Notes under the pieces: generated by a model
Told to the model about the DNA's origin: nothing
Seen by the model: the letters and a program-made list of their open reading frames with translations, nothing else
Databases searched by the model: none
Shown: in pieces, positions 29,959 through 39,566 of the stretch
Layout of the letters: each line of letters begins with the position of its first letter
Numbering within the stretch: position 1 is the first letter of the stretch
Program-made: the position numbers and the translations under genes
Source: an uncultured Chloroflexia bacterium
GTDB taxonomy: Bacteria; Chloroflexota; Anaerolineae; Anaerolineales; UBA4823
Assembly: GCA_963822175.1 (NCBI GenBank)
Contig: CAWGGJ010000004.1
Location: forward strand, 107,349 to 171,348
DNA length: 64,000 nt
Direction: 5' to 3'

Positions 29959-31192
29959 ACCAGAAGGAGAAAGAGAAGAAGTAGAACGGGGAGCAGCCCA
30001 GGTAGGGCGATTTTAATCGGGTAGCCGATCAGGGGGAGGAAAAGCACACTTACATAAAATACCACAGCCAGGGATTTGATTGGTTGAGTGAGGTCTTGGT
30101 AATTCACCAATAGGATAAATGCTGGTACCAAGATGAGCAAGTCATATATTAGCGTATGGGGTGCGATGAGCAAGGGCAAGAGGAGCGCCATTGCCAGGGT
30201 AAAATATCTCTGGCCCAGAGGAACTTTTCGTGCCTTTATGGCGATGTAGGATAATAATGCAAGCATGCTGATCCCCAGTACGACCAACAGGAACTAAATC
30301 ACTAGCGCATAGGATGGTGGCAGAAGGGTTGACACTAGTGCATAGGGGGTTGCCATGATGGAAACTGGAAAGCTGTCCTTGGCATAGGGTAGGTATAGGA
30401 GCAATTGTGAAAAAAAAAGTAGTCGAGGTACGGAGAGGTACTGTTGGATAATAGGACTGGTAGTTGCCAAAGCAGGGTGATCACAGTAAAACTTAGAAAA
30501 CATTTATCGCATCTCCAGGCTACCCAATAGACGGGAAATCCAACAATGAATAGAGGTTTATAGGTGAGGATGGATACAAGGAGACCAGCGATCACCCACT
30601 TTTCTTTCTTCATCGCGGAAATAATACCAGTGCACAATAAAAGGGTGATTCCGTGGCTTTGCCCGGCAAGAAATCCTATTATGAAGGCGAATGACGAATA
30701 GATAATGACTGATAATTGAAGAGTGGAAAGGCCATCTTTTCACAGCTACGCAGGGAAGATAAATCTGGAAAACAGGTAGACGCTGATCAACACGCATACC
30801 AGGTTCAGGATCTTCCACCCGATAAAGGCAACCTGCAGGGTATCTGCGCGATCCAACTCATTACGAGAGCGACACATGGCGGGCTGATGAAAGGTGAAAA
30901 ACCTGATGACTGGTTAGGTACAATGAGTGTGGTTTGGCGTGCTTGTTGTGCCGCGGGATCGTAAAGCAGGTTGATATCGGTGAGATATAAGGAGCCGCTG
31001 GATTAATTGCTGATGAAAACACCGCCGATCATGATCCCGGTTAATCCCCCTATCCAGCCACGATGTAAAAGGAGGTTTAAGATAAGGACAGACCAGCTTG
31101 CTAATAAAAAAAAAGCTGATAATCCCGAAGCCGTTGGAATTAAGAAATTGCTGGATTTTTGTCATCAATTCCCTTTGATGAAACTTTTCCAT
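29919..31192 (-). pseudogene. Degenerate DUF2029/GT87-like paralog (A2) broken into at least 4 frames
   Basis: Family-homologous pieces lie in different frames. One frame near 30830-30990 gives ..LYLTDINLLYDPAAQQARQTT..FSPFISPP, which I translated myself. ORF 30335..30637 gives LLVSILTYKPLFIVG (KPQ-loop equivalent). ORF 29919..30287 gives APHTLIYDLLILVPAFILL (C-terminal family motif). Confidence 0.7.
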
Positions 31193-32375
31193 AAGCTGTC
31201 AGGTAAATCAGAAAAAGAATAGGAATACTAATTTGGATCGCAATAGGAATGAACTTTAGCTGGATATAGGTAAGCGGACCGCTAATAAAGGTAGCAATCC
31301 ATATCGAGGCAAATAAAGGTTTCCAAAGATTTCGCATTTCGGGATGTGTCTGCCAGAGAAGAACTGCTGGGATAAGCAAGATTGACCAGTCATAAATCAT
31401 GGCATGCGGACTGATCCATATTGTCAGGCAGATTGCAGTAGCAAACAACGTGTCCGGTAATTTACGATTTCTCCGCCAAAAGTAGAAAAAAGCTACTATT
31501 CCAGCTATGGAGAGAATCAGTGATATTCCTTCCGCAAGAGATACATGCCCAGGGAGTAATAAAAGCCAAAACCCTCTTAAGGAGTGTAGGTGCCATATAG
31601 GAAATTGCTCCGAGGAAATTAATCGGGGTAAGAATTCACGTGCAAGCTCGAGATACGCCCTGCTTGCACCGGGCATCAGCCAAAAGCTTAATCCAGCAAG
31701 GGTAACTCCACCAATGAATAGCCCAAGTAAGGTTTTCCAGTTTTTACGGAATTCGAATAACCATAAGATACCAATTCCTAATAGCATCTGGGGTTTAAAC
31801 AACAATAGACTACTTGCTAAACCAGCTGCAAGTAGTTTATCTTTTCGCCATAAGTAGTATGTGAAGCTGAATAAGAAAACAGTTAGCAGGCTATTTTGCC
31901 CGAAGCTGATAGATGCAAAAATCGGGAACCATGTGAGTGACCAAAAGAAGCTTTTCGTCGGTTGTTCAGCCGATAGCAGTTTAAAACTTGCGAAAAGGAA
32001 ACAGAGTCCTAATAAGCTCCATATAACAAAGCTGGGAATATAGGGTACAACAGAAAAGGGAACAAAAAGCCAGGCCAGGAACGGAGGTGTAATGAATGCG
32101 TGGAAGCTGGTTAATTCTGGCCCAGCAACAGCCTGTTCAAGCTGGCTTTGATACGCAAAATCATACAGATATTTATCATTACCATGTAAGATGGTGGCAC
32201 CTGATGCGTAGAATTGTATATAATCGGTTCCGATAACCTGTCCAGCCAGATCCATTTTTCCTGGACCGAGTACGATACTGATTAACCAGGTAACCCATAA
32301 CACTGCCCCGGTGATCCATGGGTAGATCATCCGCTTTGGAGTTAGTATTGAATTAAACTTCATCCACCAACTCAA
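31140..32375 (-). CDS. DUF2029/GT87-like GT-C membrane glycosyltransferase (paralog A3)
   Basis: 411 aa, polytopic. First loop GQVIGTDYIQFYASG, then LLLFKPQMLLG and ISPHAMIYDWSILLIPA. Confidence 0.65.
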   Translation of the reverse strand: MSWWMKFNSILTPKRMIYPWITGAVLWVTWLISIVLGPGKMDLAGQVIGTDYIQFYASGATILHGNDKYLYDFAYQSQLEQAVAGPELTSFHAFITPPFLAWLFVPFSVVPYIPSFVIWSLLGLCFLFASFKLLSAEQPTKSFFWSLTWFPIFASISFGQNSLLTVFLFSFTYYLWRKDKLLAAGLASSLLLFKPQMLLGIGILWLFEFRKNWKTLLGLFIGGVTLAGLSFWLMPGASRAYLELAREFLPRLISSEQFPIWHLHSLRGFWLLLLPGHVSLAEGISLILSIAGIVAFFYFWRRNRKLPDTLFATAICLTIWISPHAMIYDWSILLIPAVLLWQTHPEMRNLWKPLFASIWIATFISGPLTYIQLKFIPIAIQISIPILFLIYLTAYGKVSSKGIDDKNPAIS

Positions 32376-32376
32376 C

Positions 32377-33603
32377 TTAATTACTCCTCAGGAGCCGATT
32401 TCTATTGGTAATTATCCACATGACAAGGATGATTACCAGGTAGATAATTAAAAATGGGAGCCATGCAAATTTCGTTAATGCACCAGTTAAGGTCAATACA
32501 AATGTACCTAAATAGGTTAGTATCGCCGAATACAGGAGGAACCTCGAGGGTGAATACCGTGCCCAAACGATGAAACCTGGAATCAGGATTACCAAATCAT
32601 GCAATAAGACATAAGGTGTTGTTAGAATTGGAAAAAGTAAAGCTGCAACCATGACCGGTGTCCGCTCTTCAATCGGATGTTTTCGTAGTTTATATGCCAA
32701 CCACGCCAGGCACACTCCGCATGTGATAAATAGTAATTGGGTCACTAAATAAACAGCCGGTTGTTGGTTCATTGGATAAATACTAGTAAGTAATCCATAG
32801 AAAGTTGTCAGTAAATAATTAGGCCAGCCTTCTATATAGGGTAAAAACATAAATGCCTGACTCTGCTGGCTATAAGTTTTGAACAATCCCATACCATTAA
32901 TGAGGACAAATATACCTACCCAGGCGATAGCGACGATAGCAAACGAGAGCAAGGCTTTATAATTTCTCCATATCAGCCATATAATCAGATAACCGATTAC
33001 GAGTTGAGGTTTGTATAACAGAAGAGCAGCCAAAATCCCCGATAAATACCATCGCTCTTTTAACATGGCTATGAAGATGCCAGTTGTGAGCATAAGTGAC
33101 AGCCAATGATTTTGTCCTGCGAGTAAACCTTCAATGAAAGGAAAGAATGATAATGTTATTATTACCAGCTGCTTATAGGTGAGTCCAAATTCAAGTAGAT
33201 TACGTTTTACAAGCGTATTTAGCCCATAACAAGTAATAAAACAGGATGATATTGCGATAATCGACCAGATAGAAAATGCCACTGGTAAGGAAATATAAGT
33301 AAGAAGACCAAACAACGGTGCAACAATTGGTGGATTCTGAAAAGGATTATTACTTGGGATTGTTGATGGACTAACGATTGATTTTTGGACTAAATCTTGG
33401 GTAGCATAATCATAGATCAAAGAAGGATCTGAGCGGTAAATTAATCCAGTTTTATAAAACACAATAAAATCACCACCAATTACCTGGCCGAATGCACCAT
33501 TCCAGCCTCGGTGGAACAGTAAGTTAATTCCCAGGATCATCCAGATAGAGATCAGCATTAATCTTGGATAATCCCGCAAGCGCCTGGTATTAAGAAAAGC
33601 CAC
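32377..33603 (-). CDS. DUF2029/GT87-like GT-C membrane glycosyltransferase (paralog A4)
   Basis: 408 aa. GQVIGGDFIVFYKTG, LLLYKPQLVIG, TTPYVLLHDLVILIPG. Its stop is 1 nt from the next start. Confidence 0.65.
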   Translation of the reverse strand: MAFLNTRRLRDYPRLMLISIWMILGINLLFHRGWNGAFGQVIGGDFIVFYKTGLIYRSDPSLIYDYATQDLVQKSIVSPSTIPSNNPFQNPPIVAPLFGLLTYISLPVAFSIWSIIAISSCFITCYGLNTLVKRNLLEFGLTYKQLVIITLSFFPFIEGLLAGQNHWLSLMLTTGIFIAMLKERWYLSGILAALLLYKPQLVIGYLIIWLIWRNYKALLSFAIVAIAWVGIFVLINGMGLFKTYSQQSQAFMFLPYIEGWPNYLLTTFYGLLTSIYPMNQQPAVYLVTQLLFITCGVCLAWLAYKLRKHPIEERTPVMVAALLFPILTTPYVLLHDLVILIPGFIVWARYSPSRFLLYSAILTYLGTFVLTLTGALTKFAWLPFLIIYLVIILVMWIITNRNRLLRSN

Positions 33604-33668
33604 ATTTCACCTGGTATATTGAGTGGAGTACATTAGCTTGATAACTAATAAATCCATGAGTAAGCGTT

Positions 33669-35203
33669 TCATGGAGGGGTGACCTGGTTCCAGATTTGTG
33701 CATACTGGTCATCATATTCAAGCTTCCAGGTTGGGTCTCGTAATAACGAAGACGCAAGTTCAGGCTGCAGATTTTTGTCCAAAAGTATCCTATCCACTCC
33801 ATACTTCTGTAGAAGCTCATTGTAATTTGTGGCATTGTTGATATGAACATAATCCATCCATTGGTCAATGGGGAAAAGCTCAACCCTGGTGTCGACAAAC
33901 ACACCCTGTTCTGGAACTGACCAGATGAGATAGCTACCATAGCCCATTTCATTAAATAAATTCCCCCCGGGGTGAGTCTTCAAATACTCGGATACCGCCA
34001 CAGGTGTGTTGATACTGATCAATTCTCCACCTGGTGTTTTTCGTAAAACCTGCTTCCAGTAGGTGTCGGGTAATGGAAGACGCTCAACAAACCAGGGTTG
34101 TACTAAAATTACAGGGATAATTAATATAATTACCAGGACTAAATTTAATAAATTCTTCTGAGCAATTAATGTCGGTGTTTTTATTGGAAGATCTCGAATA
34201 AGACGAGCCAGGATTGGTGTGGATATAATTCCATACCAGACGACATAACGTTGACCTGACCAAGCTAGCCATAAAAATCCAGCATAAAGCAATATTTCTG
34301 TTATGGTAAGACGATATTTCGAAAAAGCCAAAATGATTATAAAAATGATAATACTTATATAGAAACTTATATTCGCAAGACCTTGCGGGGTCGGTGATTG
34401 CCATTCTTCAATAAGTTGTTGACTGGCGGGATCAGTAAGCAGTTTAAGCGTGTAACTGATAACTCCAGTGAAACGAGGATTAACCAGCACCGCCAGGGTG
34501 GAAAATATGCCGATACCGCCAACCCAGCCAATCTCACGCCACGGTAATGCATCAGAATGTTTAAATAGAAGTCTAAGCCTTCACCCAGGAAAAATCCTCC
34601 GATCAAGATCAAACCAAGAATGTAGCTTCCGTGAACATTGACCCAAAATATCATCATCAATGGACAAATTATTAGCCAACGATGATTAATTACCCCCTCC
34701 GAAAATCTTTTTAAAATAATATATGTCACAATAAAAGGTATCCACGCCCACATTTGTGTACGAACAGGCAAATTATTCGTGATCATTACGCACAGGAATG
34801 CAATCGCCACTGCTGCAATCCGCCAGGAATTGCTCCGGCGTTTGGATTCTGATGTTATAAGCCAGATGGAGATCCCAATTAATACTGTCCTGGTCGTGGT
34901 GATGAGAGCAAGTCCGCCCAAGCGATACAAGATATAAAACAGTAATTCAGCAAGCCAGGTTGCATAATAAAATGGCTGATTTTCTGGCAAGGTCCACGCG
35001 TACATATTCGTGGTGGGTATCGAATGGTTAGAATATATATATTCACCAATCTTCAGGTGCCACCAAAAATCATTGGGTGGAAGAGGAATCAATGATGTAA
35101 AAAAAAGGAAACCCAAAACTATCACTAAAGCCCACAGGATATCAAGGCTTATTCCATATTTACTAGTTGTTTTATTAGTCTGATGTGAATTTTCTAGGGT
35201 CAT
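33669..35203 (-). pseudogene. Family-B membrane protein (paralog B2 of 28456..29958), split by a frameshift at about 34540-34580
   Basis: ORF 34367..35203 is the N-terminal half (PPNDFWWHLKIGEYI, WRIAAVAIAF, FWVNVHGSY). ORF 33669..34490 is the C-terminal half (LVNPRF.., FNEMGYGSYLIWSVPEQGVFVDTRVELFP). Extending the second frame upstream gives ..SDALPWREIGWVGGIGIFSTLAVLVNPRF, which aligns to B1. Confidence 0.75.
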
Positions 35204-35206
35204 AGT

Positions 35207-36442
35207 TTAGTTGAATTCTAAAACCGGTGTAGTATCAACGCTCTTTGCGGCTGAATGCTTCCTTCGGATTAATAAGAACCAGATCAGTAATGCAGGAGCC
35301 ATCCAGATAAACCAGAAATCACTTAGTTTCATATGTAGAACCAGATCTAGGATATTAATTATCAGGAATATACCAACGAAGATGAGTGTGGACCAATGCT
35401 TCCAATCCTGAGTCAACCAGATGGAGGCCAATATTATTGCTGGAATTAAGATGACCTGATCGTAAGTATAGGTATACGGTGCTGTAACTTGAGAAACGAA
35501 TAGTATAAGAGGAATTGCTACTAGCCAGCTCCAAGAATCATGATGCTTATTCCAATAATATAAAAACCATATTCCACCGAAGATAGGGGCGATAAATTGA
35601 AGCCAGAATTTATCAGTACCAAGCCAGAAAAAGCGTAAATACGATCCAATAGTCGGGGTAGCTAACTCAGGGAGATAACCAGTTTGCATCATAACTATAT
35701 ATTGATTGATGATATGCGGGTTAAATACCATCGCAATCAATGTCAATAGGAGAATGGTCAAAGCGAAGCTTACCAGAATCCACCACCTGCGCTTTTGAAT
35801 CACCCAAAACAATAATGCTATCCAGAAAATAAAGATGGATTGGGGCTTGATAGAAACGATCGCTAATGATGCACCTGCTGCCCAGTCATTTTTCTGGAGG
35901 CAGGTGAAATATAAAAAGCCTGTAACTCCAAGCAAGAGCCAGGCAGAAATTTGTCCAACTTCCAGAACAGAGATCGTTGGTGCAAAGAGGATAACCATAA
36001 TCCAAGCTATCCAGCGTTGACCAGGATGACCTTTGTAAAAACGCCAGAGTAATTGTGCAGAAACGACAATAAACGCAATCGATGATAAAAGCCAGACTAA
36101 TCTACTGGTCGGGTAATCAAGGAGACCAAATGGCATCACCATCGCAACTGCCCAGGGAGGGTTTAGCATGATGGAGATCGGATAGGTATTTGATGGATGC
36201 CCACTTTCTTCGATGAGAAGGCTTTCCTTTTTTTGGGCATCATAGGGATTTTCGCCGGTTAGATTTAGCTTGCCCGCAGCCCAATATGGAAAAAAATCAT
36301 CAGTGGCATAATATTGAGGTCTGGTGATGACTGGAGCCAGTCTAGCTAATACCAATAGGCTTATTATCAAAATAATCCATAGAATGATGCGATAAACTCT
36401 TTTGTTGTTTTTTATGAACATATACTTATTAGGTACTACCAA
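35207..36442 (-). CDS. DUF2029/GT87-like GT-C membrane glycosyltransferase (paralog A5)
   Basis: 411 aa. YATDDFFPYWAAGKLNLTGENPYD, IVSIKPQSIFI, TAPYTYTYDQVILIPA. Overlaps the upstream gene by 14 nt (alternative ATG at 36421). Confidence 0.65.
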   Translation of the reverse strand: MVVPNKYMFIKNNKRVYRIILWIILIISLLVLARLAPVITRPQYYATDDFFPYWAAGKLNLTGENPYDAQKKESLLIEESGHPSNTYPISIMLNPPWAVAMVMPFGLLDYPTSRLVWLLSSIAFIVVSAQLLWRFYKGHPGQRWIAWIMVILFAPTISVLEVGQISAWLLLGVTGFLYFTCLQKNDWAAGASLAIVSIKPQSIFIFWIALLFWVIQKRRWWILVSFALTILLLTLIAMVFNPHIINQYIVMMQTGYLPELATPTIGSYLRFFWLGTDKFWLQFIAPIFGGIWFLYYWNKHHDSWSWLVAIPLILFVSQVTAPYTYTYDQVILIPAIILASIWLTQDWKHWSTLIFVGIFLIINILDLVLHMKLSDFWFIWMAPALLIWFLLIRRKHSAAKSVDTTPVLEFN

Positions 36443-37643
36443 GAGCTGTTAAATTATTTCTAACTTGATTTTGTAAGAATAAATGCTTATAAGAGAGAAG
36501 ATACCAGAACAATAAGAAAACTGGATACCACCAGAACCAGTTTTGGTTTACTCGTAGAAAAGCGACCGATAAGTTGACAAACCAATAGGTGCTAAAAATA
36601 AGTCCCTTTTTTATTGTCCAATGAGTAAAATCGAATAGGGCGGTAATGTGGATAATGCAACACAGACTAACTATTGAGTCCAATGTCCAGGCATATGGTG
36701 TCGTGGCAATGGATACTAAAATAAACAGGGGAAAACTTGTCGTCCATTGAAATGATTTATGGAATTTGTTCCAATATATCAGGAACCAGCTAAGACCAAT
36801 AACAAGCGGAAAAAATTGTAAATAAAACTTCTCTGGTCCAAGAATTGAACGCAAAAAAGTACCTAATGTTGAAGTCATCCAAATTTGAACCGGATAAGAC
36901 TTGACCATAACCAGATACTGAGAAACCAGGTGTGGATTGAAAATCATTGATATCATCAACGACACTGTCAATCCAATAAACAAGCCAATTAAGATGGTGT
37001 ACTTAAGGTGGCTGATCGACCAGAATAGGATCGCAATAATTAATATATATAGTAGCTGCGGCTTGATCATTATCAAACTAGCAGAGATTCCTGCCCAAAA
37101 ATAAGATTTCTTATTTTGAAAATATAGAAATCCGACACTACCTAGAAGAATTAAAACAGTTGCCTGACCAGATTTGAGTGCATGCAAAACAGGAGCAAAG
37201 GAAATTGCTGCAATCAATGATATCCACTCATTGCTTTTATTCCCATAATAAATTCTCCAAAGCAGGATTGCGCACAAGCAAATGATGATGAGTTGGATGA
37301 TGAAACATATAAACCTGCTAACGGGGTAGCTAAATACACCCAATAACATTGCATATGCTAACGTCCAAGGGGGATTTAACATCATGAGTGCATCACTTCC
37401 AGTCCACCCTGCAGATTGTTCGATTGTCTGCATTTGGAAAGGATCATATGGATTTCCTCCGCTGAGGTTTATCCTACCCGATGCCCAATATTCAATAAAA
37501 TCATCCTTTGGAAAAATAGTTGTTCTTGAATAGATAGTCCATAAAATGGAAAAAAGAATAGCTATAATAATTAGCAGGAATGGATTTTTTAATAATCTTC
37601 CATAAGATTTGAACCATTCACTCACTCCAGTTTTTAAGGCCAT
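36429..37643 (-). CDS. DUF2029/GT87-like GT-C membrane glycosyltransferase (paralog A6)
   Basis: 404 aa. FPKDDFIEYWASGRINLSGGNPYD, LIMIKPQLLYI, TTPYAWTLDSIV. Confidence 0.65.
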   Translation of the reverse strand: MALKTGVSEWFKSYGRLLKNPFLLIIIAILFSILWTIYSRTTIFPKDDFIEYWASGRINLSGGNPYDPFQMQTIEQSAGWTGSDALMMLNPPWTLAYAMLLGVFSYPVSRFICFIIQLIIICLCAILLWRIYYGNKSNEWISLIAAISFAPVLHALKSGQATVLILLGSVGFLYFQNKKSYFWAGISASLIMIKPQLLYILIIAILFWSISHLKYTILIGLFIGLTVSLMISMIFNPHLVSQYLVMVKSYPVQIWMTSTLGTFLRSILGPEKFYLQFFPLVIGLSWFLIYWNKFHKSFQWTTSFPLFILVSIATTPYAWTLDSIVSLCCIIHITALFDFTHWTIKKGLIFSTYWFVNLSVAFLRVNQNWFWWYPVFLLFWYLLSYKHLFLQNQVRNNLTALGST

Positions 37644-37649
37644 TAAAGA

Positions 37650-38348
37650 TCACCTAGAATCGAAAAAGCGGCATCGAAGTAAAGTGTAAATTGCTTCATA
37701 CCCATCGACCCAGGATATTTTCTTGCCTGCTTGAACCGTCCTTGGATGATAGGAAATTGGTACTTCCATGATGTGATAGCCTTTCCTTAGAAATTTTGCA
37801 GTAATTTCTGGTTCAAAATCAAAGCGGACACATCGTAATCGGATGCCTATAAATGTTTCTCGGTAAAACATCTTATAAGCAGTTTCCATATCGGTGAGAT
37901 GACTTCCGAAAAGGAAATTTGTTAGGAAGGTTAAAAAACGATTTGCAAGTCGTGAAGTTCTTTGTAATTCTACATTCGAATCTAGAAACCTTGACCCATA
38001 TACGATCTTTGTTTCACTTTTAAGTAATGGGGAGAGTAGCTTGGGATAATCAGTGGGATCCAATTCAAGGTCAGCATCCTGAATGGTGATGATATCTCCA
38101 CACGATAATGAAATACCCAGACGTACTGCTGCACCTTTACCCAAATTTATTGGTGAATGGTAGGATATCAAATCTGGGTACTTTATTCTGAGATTTTGTA
38201 TGACTTCACCAGTTCGATCCGATGATCCATCGTTTGAGATAATAATTTCTTTTTCAATAGTGCCAAAATCAACGGAATACACACGGTCAACGATCGCTTC
38301 CAGTGATTCTTCTTCGTTATAGACCGGAATAATTATGCTGAGCTTCAT
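37650..38348 (-). CDS. GT2-family polyprenyl-phosphate glycosyltransferase (Dpm1/Ppm1/GtrB/ArnC-like), soluble form
   Basis: 232 aa. LSIIIPVYNEEESL, ISNDGSSDRT, D-x-D as IQDADLE. No C-terminal TM helices. Confidence 0.8.
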   Translation of the reverse strand: MKLSIIIPVYNEEESLEAIVDRVYSVDFGTIEKEIIISNDGSSDRTGEVIQNLRIKYPDLISYHSPINLGKGAAVRLGISLSCGDIITIQDADLELDPTDYPKLLSPLLKSETKIVYGSRFLDSNVELQRTSRLANRFLTFLTNFLFGSHLTDMETAYKMFYRETFIGIRLRCVRFDFEPEITAKFLRKGYHIMEVPISYHPRTVQAGKKISWVDGYEAIYTLLRCRFFDSR

Positions 38349-38375
38349 CGTCTCCTCAATAAAACAATGTTTACT

Positions 38376-39554
38376 TTAAGGTACCCATGTATTTAATACA
38401 TACATACCCAATAAAAAAGACATCCCTGCCGCGCTTAAAGCGATGATAAGAAGTCTCATCCAAGGTTTTTCAAATATCCCAGCTAAACCGATAAAAATTG
38501 GAAAAGCGAGAAGTAAATGACGGGGCAACCCCATATATGGATGAATTGGTCCTGTATAATAGCTAAAACTGATCAAGGTGATGAGAGCGCAATAAATGCG
38601 ATAACTCATGCGCATTTTCCTCCACGATATGTATAACAAAATCAGGAAGAAAAACCCAGATATGATATTTACCCAAATATCTAAATCAGGGTCTGTAATC
38701 AACTTCATTATTGACAAATACATTGCCTGCCAAGGCCATAAAAACTGTTGAATCTGGACTACCTGTGTTGCACTTGGTGATATTAAAAAAGAATAAATAA
38801 ATTGCTGAAAATCGCCTAACTTAGCTTGCAAGTCGAATAAGAAAATTGCTCTAAAAATTAGCCATATCCCATATCCCATCGGAATTAAAATGAGAGAGAG
38901 CCAATTCTTCCAATGGCTTAGGATTGATTTTTGATTATGGTTCTCATTCTCCCACAATTCCCAGGCAACTGGTAGAAGTAAAAATATACCTTGCTGGCGG
39001 GTCAGGACTGCCAATCCACCCATCAGAGAAGATAGCCACCACGATTTTTTACGAGCAAAATAGAGACACAGAACTGCAAATAAAATGAATAACGCCTCTG
39101 GATATGGAGCAAATAGAACAAATGCAGGAGGTGCCAATACCAACAAAATTGTAGCAAAGAATGCATCATTGGGCTGGAGATCAAGGAGGGCTAATTTATA
39201 GAAGAAAAAAAACAGGACTATGCATGCCAGTGAGCTGATGATTAGTAAGCTAAATGTTGGTGATATTCCGACCCGTGCAAGTGGAGTGGCTAACCAAGGA
39301 TATAAAGGATGAAATTGTGAAGTTCCATCAGTAGCTGAGTAACCTTGAGTGACAATTCGTTGATACCATTCTGCATCCCAACGCAACCATGGCGATAAAA
39401 ATGAACGCTCCAACCAAGGAAATATTGGCCCAAATGGCGGAAATAGAGGGATACTCATTTCTATCGGTGTCATGGGTTTTAGTGAAGATACAATACCAGC
39501 AAAGGTACTGGTTAAAATGCGAAGAAGAATCCAAAGTATGAGTAAGTTAATCAT
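38376..39554 (-). CDS. PIG-V-like (GT76-type) membrane mannosyltransferase-family protein
   Basis: 392 aa, polytopic. The first-loop signature WLRWDAEWYQRIVTQGY....QFHPLYPW matches the W-D-x-x-W-Y..GY...FFPLYP pattern of bacterial PIG-V homologs. The call is from memory. Confidence 0.6.
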   Translation of the reverse strand: MINLLILWILLRILTSTFAGIVSSLKPMTPIEMSIPLFPPFGPIFPWLERSFLSPWLRWDAEWYQRIVTQGYSATDGTSQFHPLYPWLATPLARVGISPTFSLLIISSLACIVLFFFFYKLALLDLQPNDAFFATILLVLAPPAFVLFAPYPEALFILFAVLCLYFARKKSWWLSSLMGGLAVLTRQQGIFLLLPVAWELWENENHNQKSILSHWKNWLSLILIPMGYGIWLIFRAIFLFDLQAKLGDFQQFIYSFLISPSATQVVQIQQFLWPWQAMYLSIMKLITDPDLDIWVNIISGFFFLILLYISWRKMRMSYRIYCALITLISFSYYTGPIHPYMGLPRHLLLAFPIFIGLAGIFEKPWMRLLIIALSAAGMSFLLGMYVLNTWVP

Positions 39555-39566
39555 CGTAAAGTTTAC

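Noticed and set aside
33590-33952. 120-aa ORF overlapping the 3' end of the family-B pseudogene
   Set aside because: It is out of frame with the segment (33669..34490) that aligns to the intact paralog, so it is a frame shadow.
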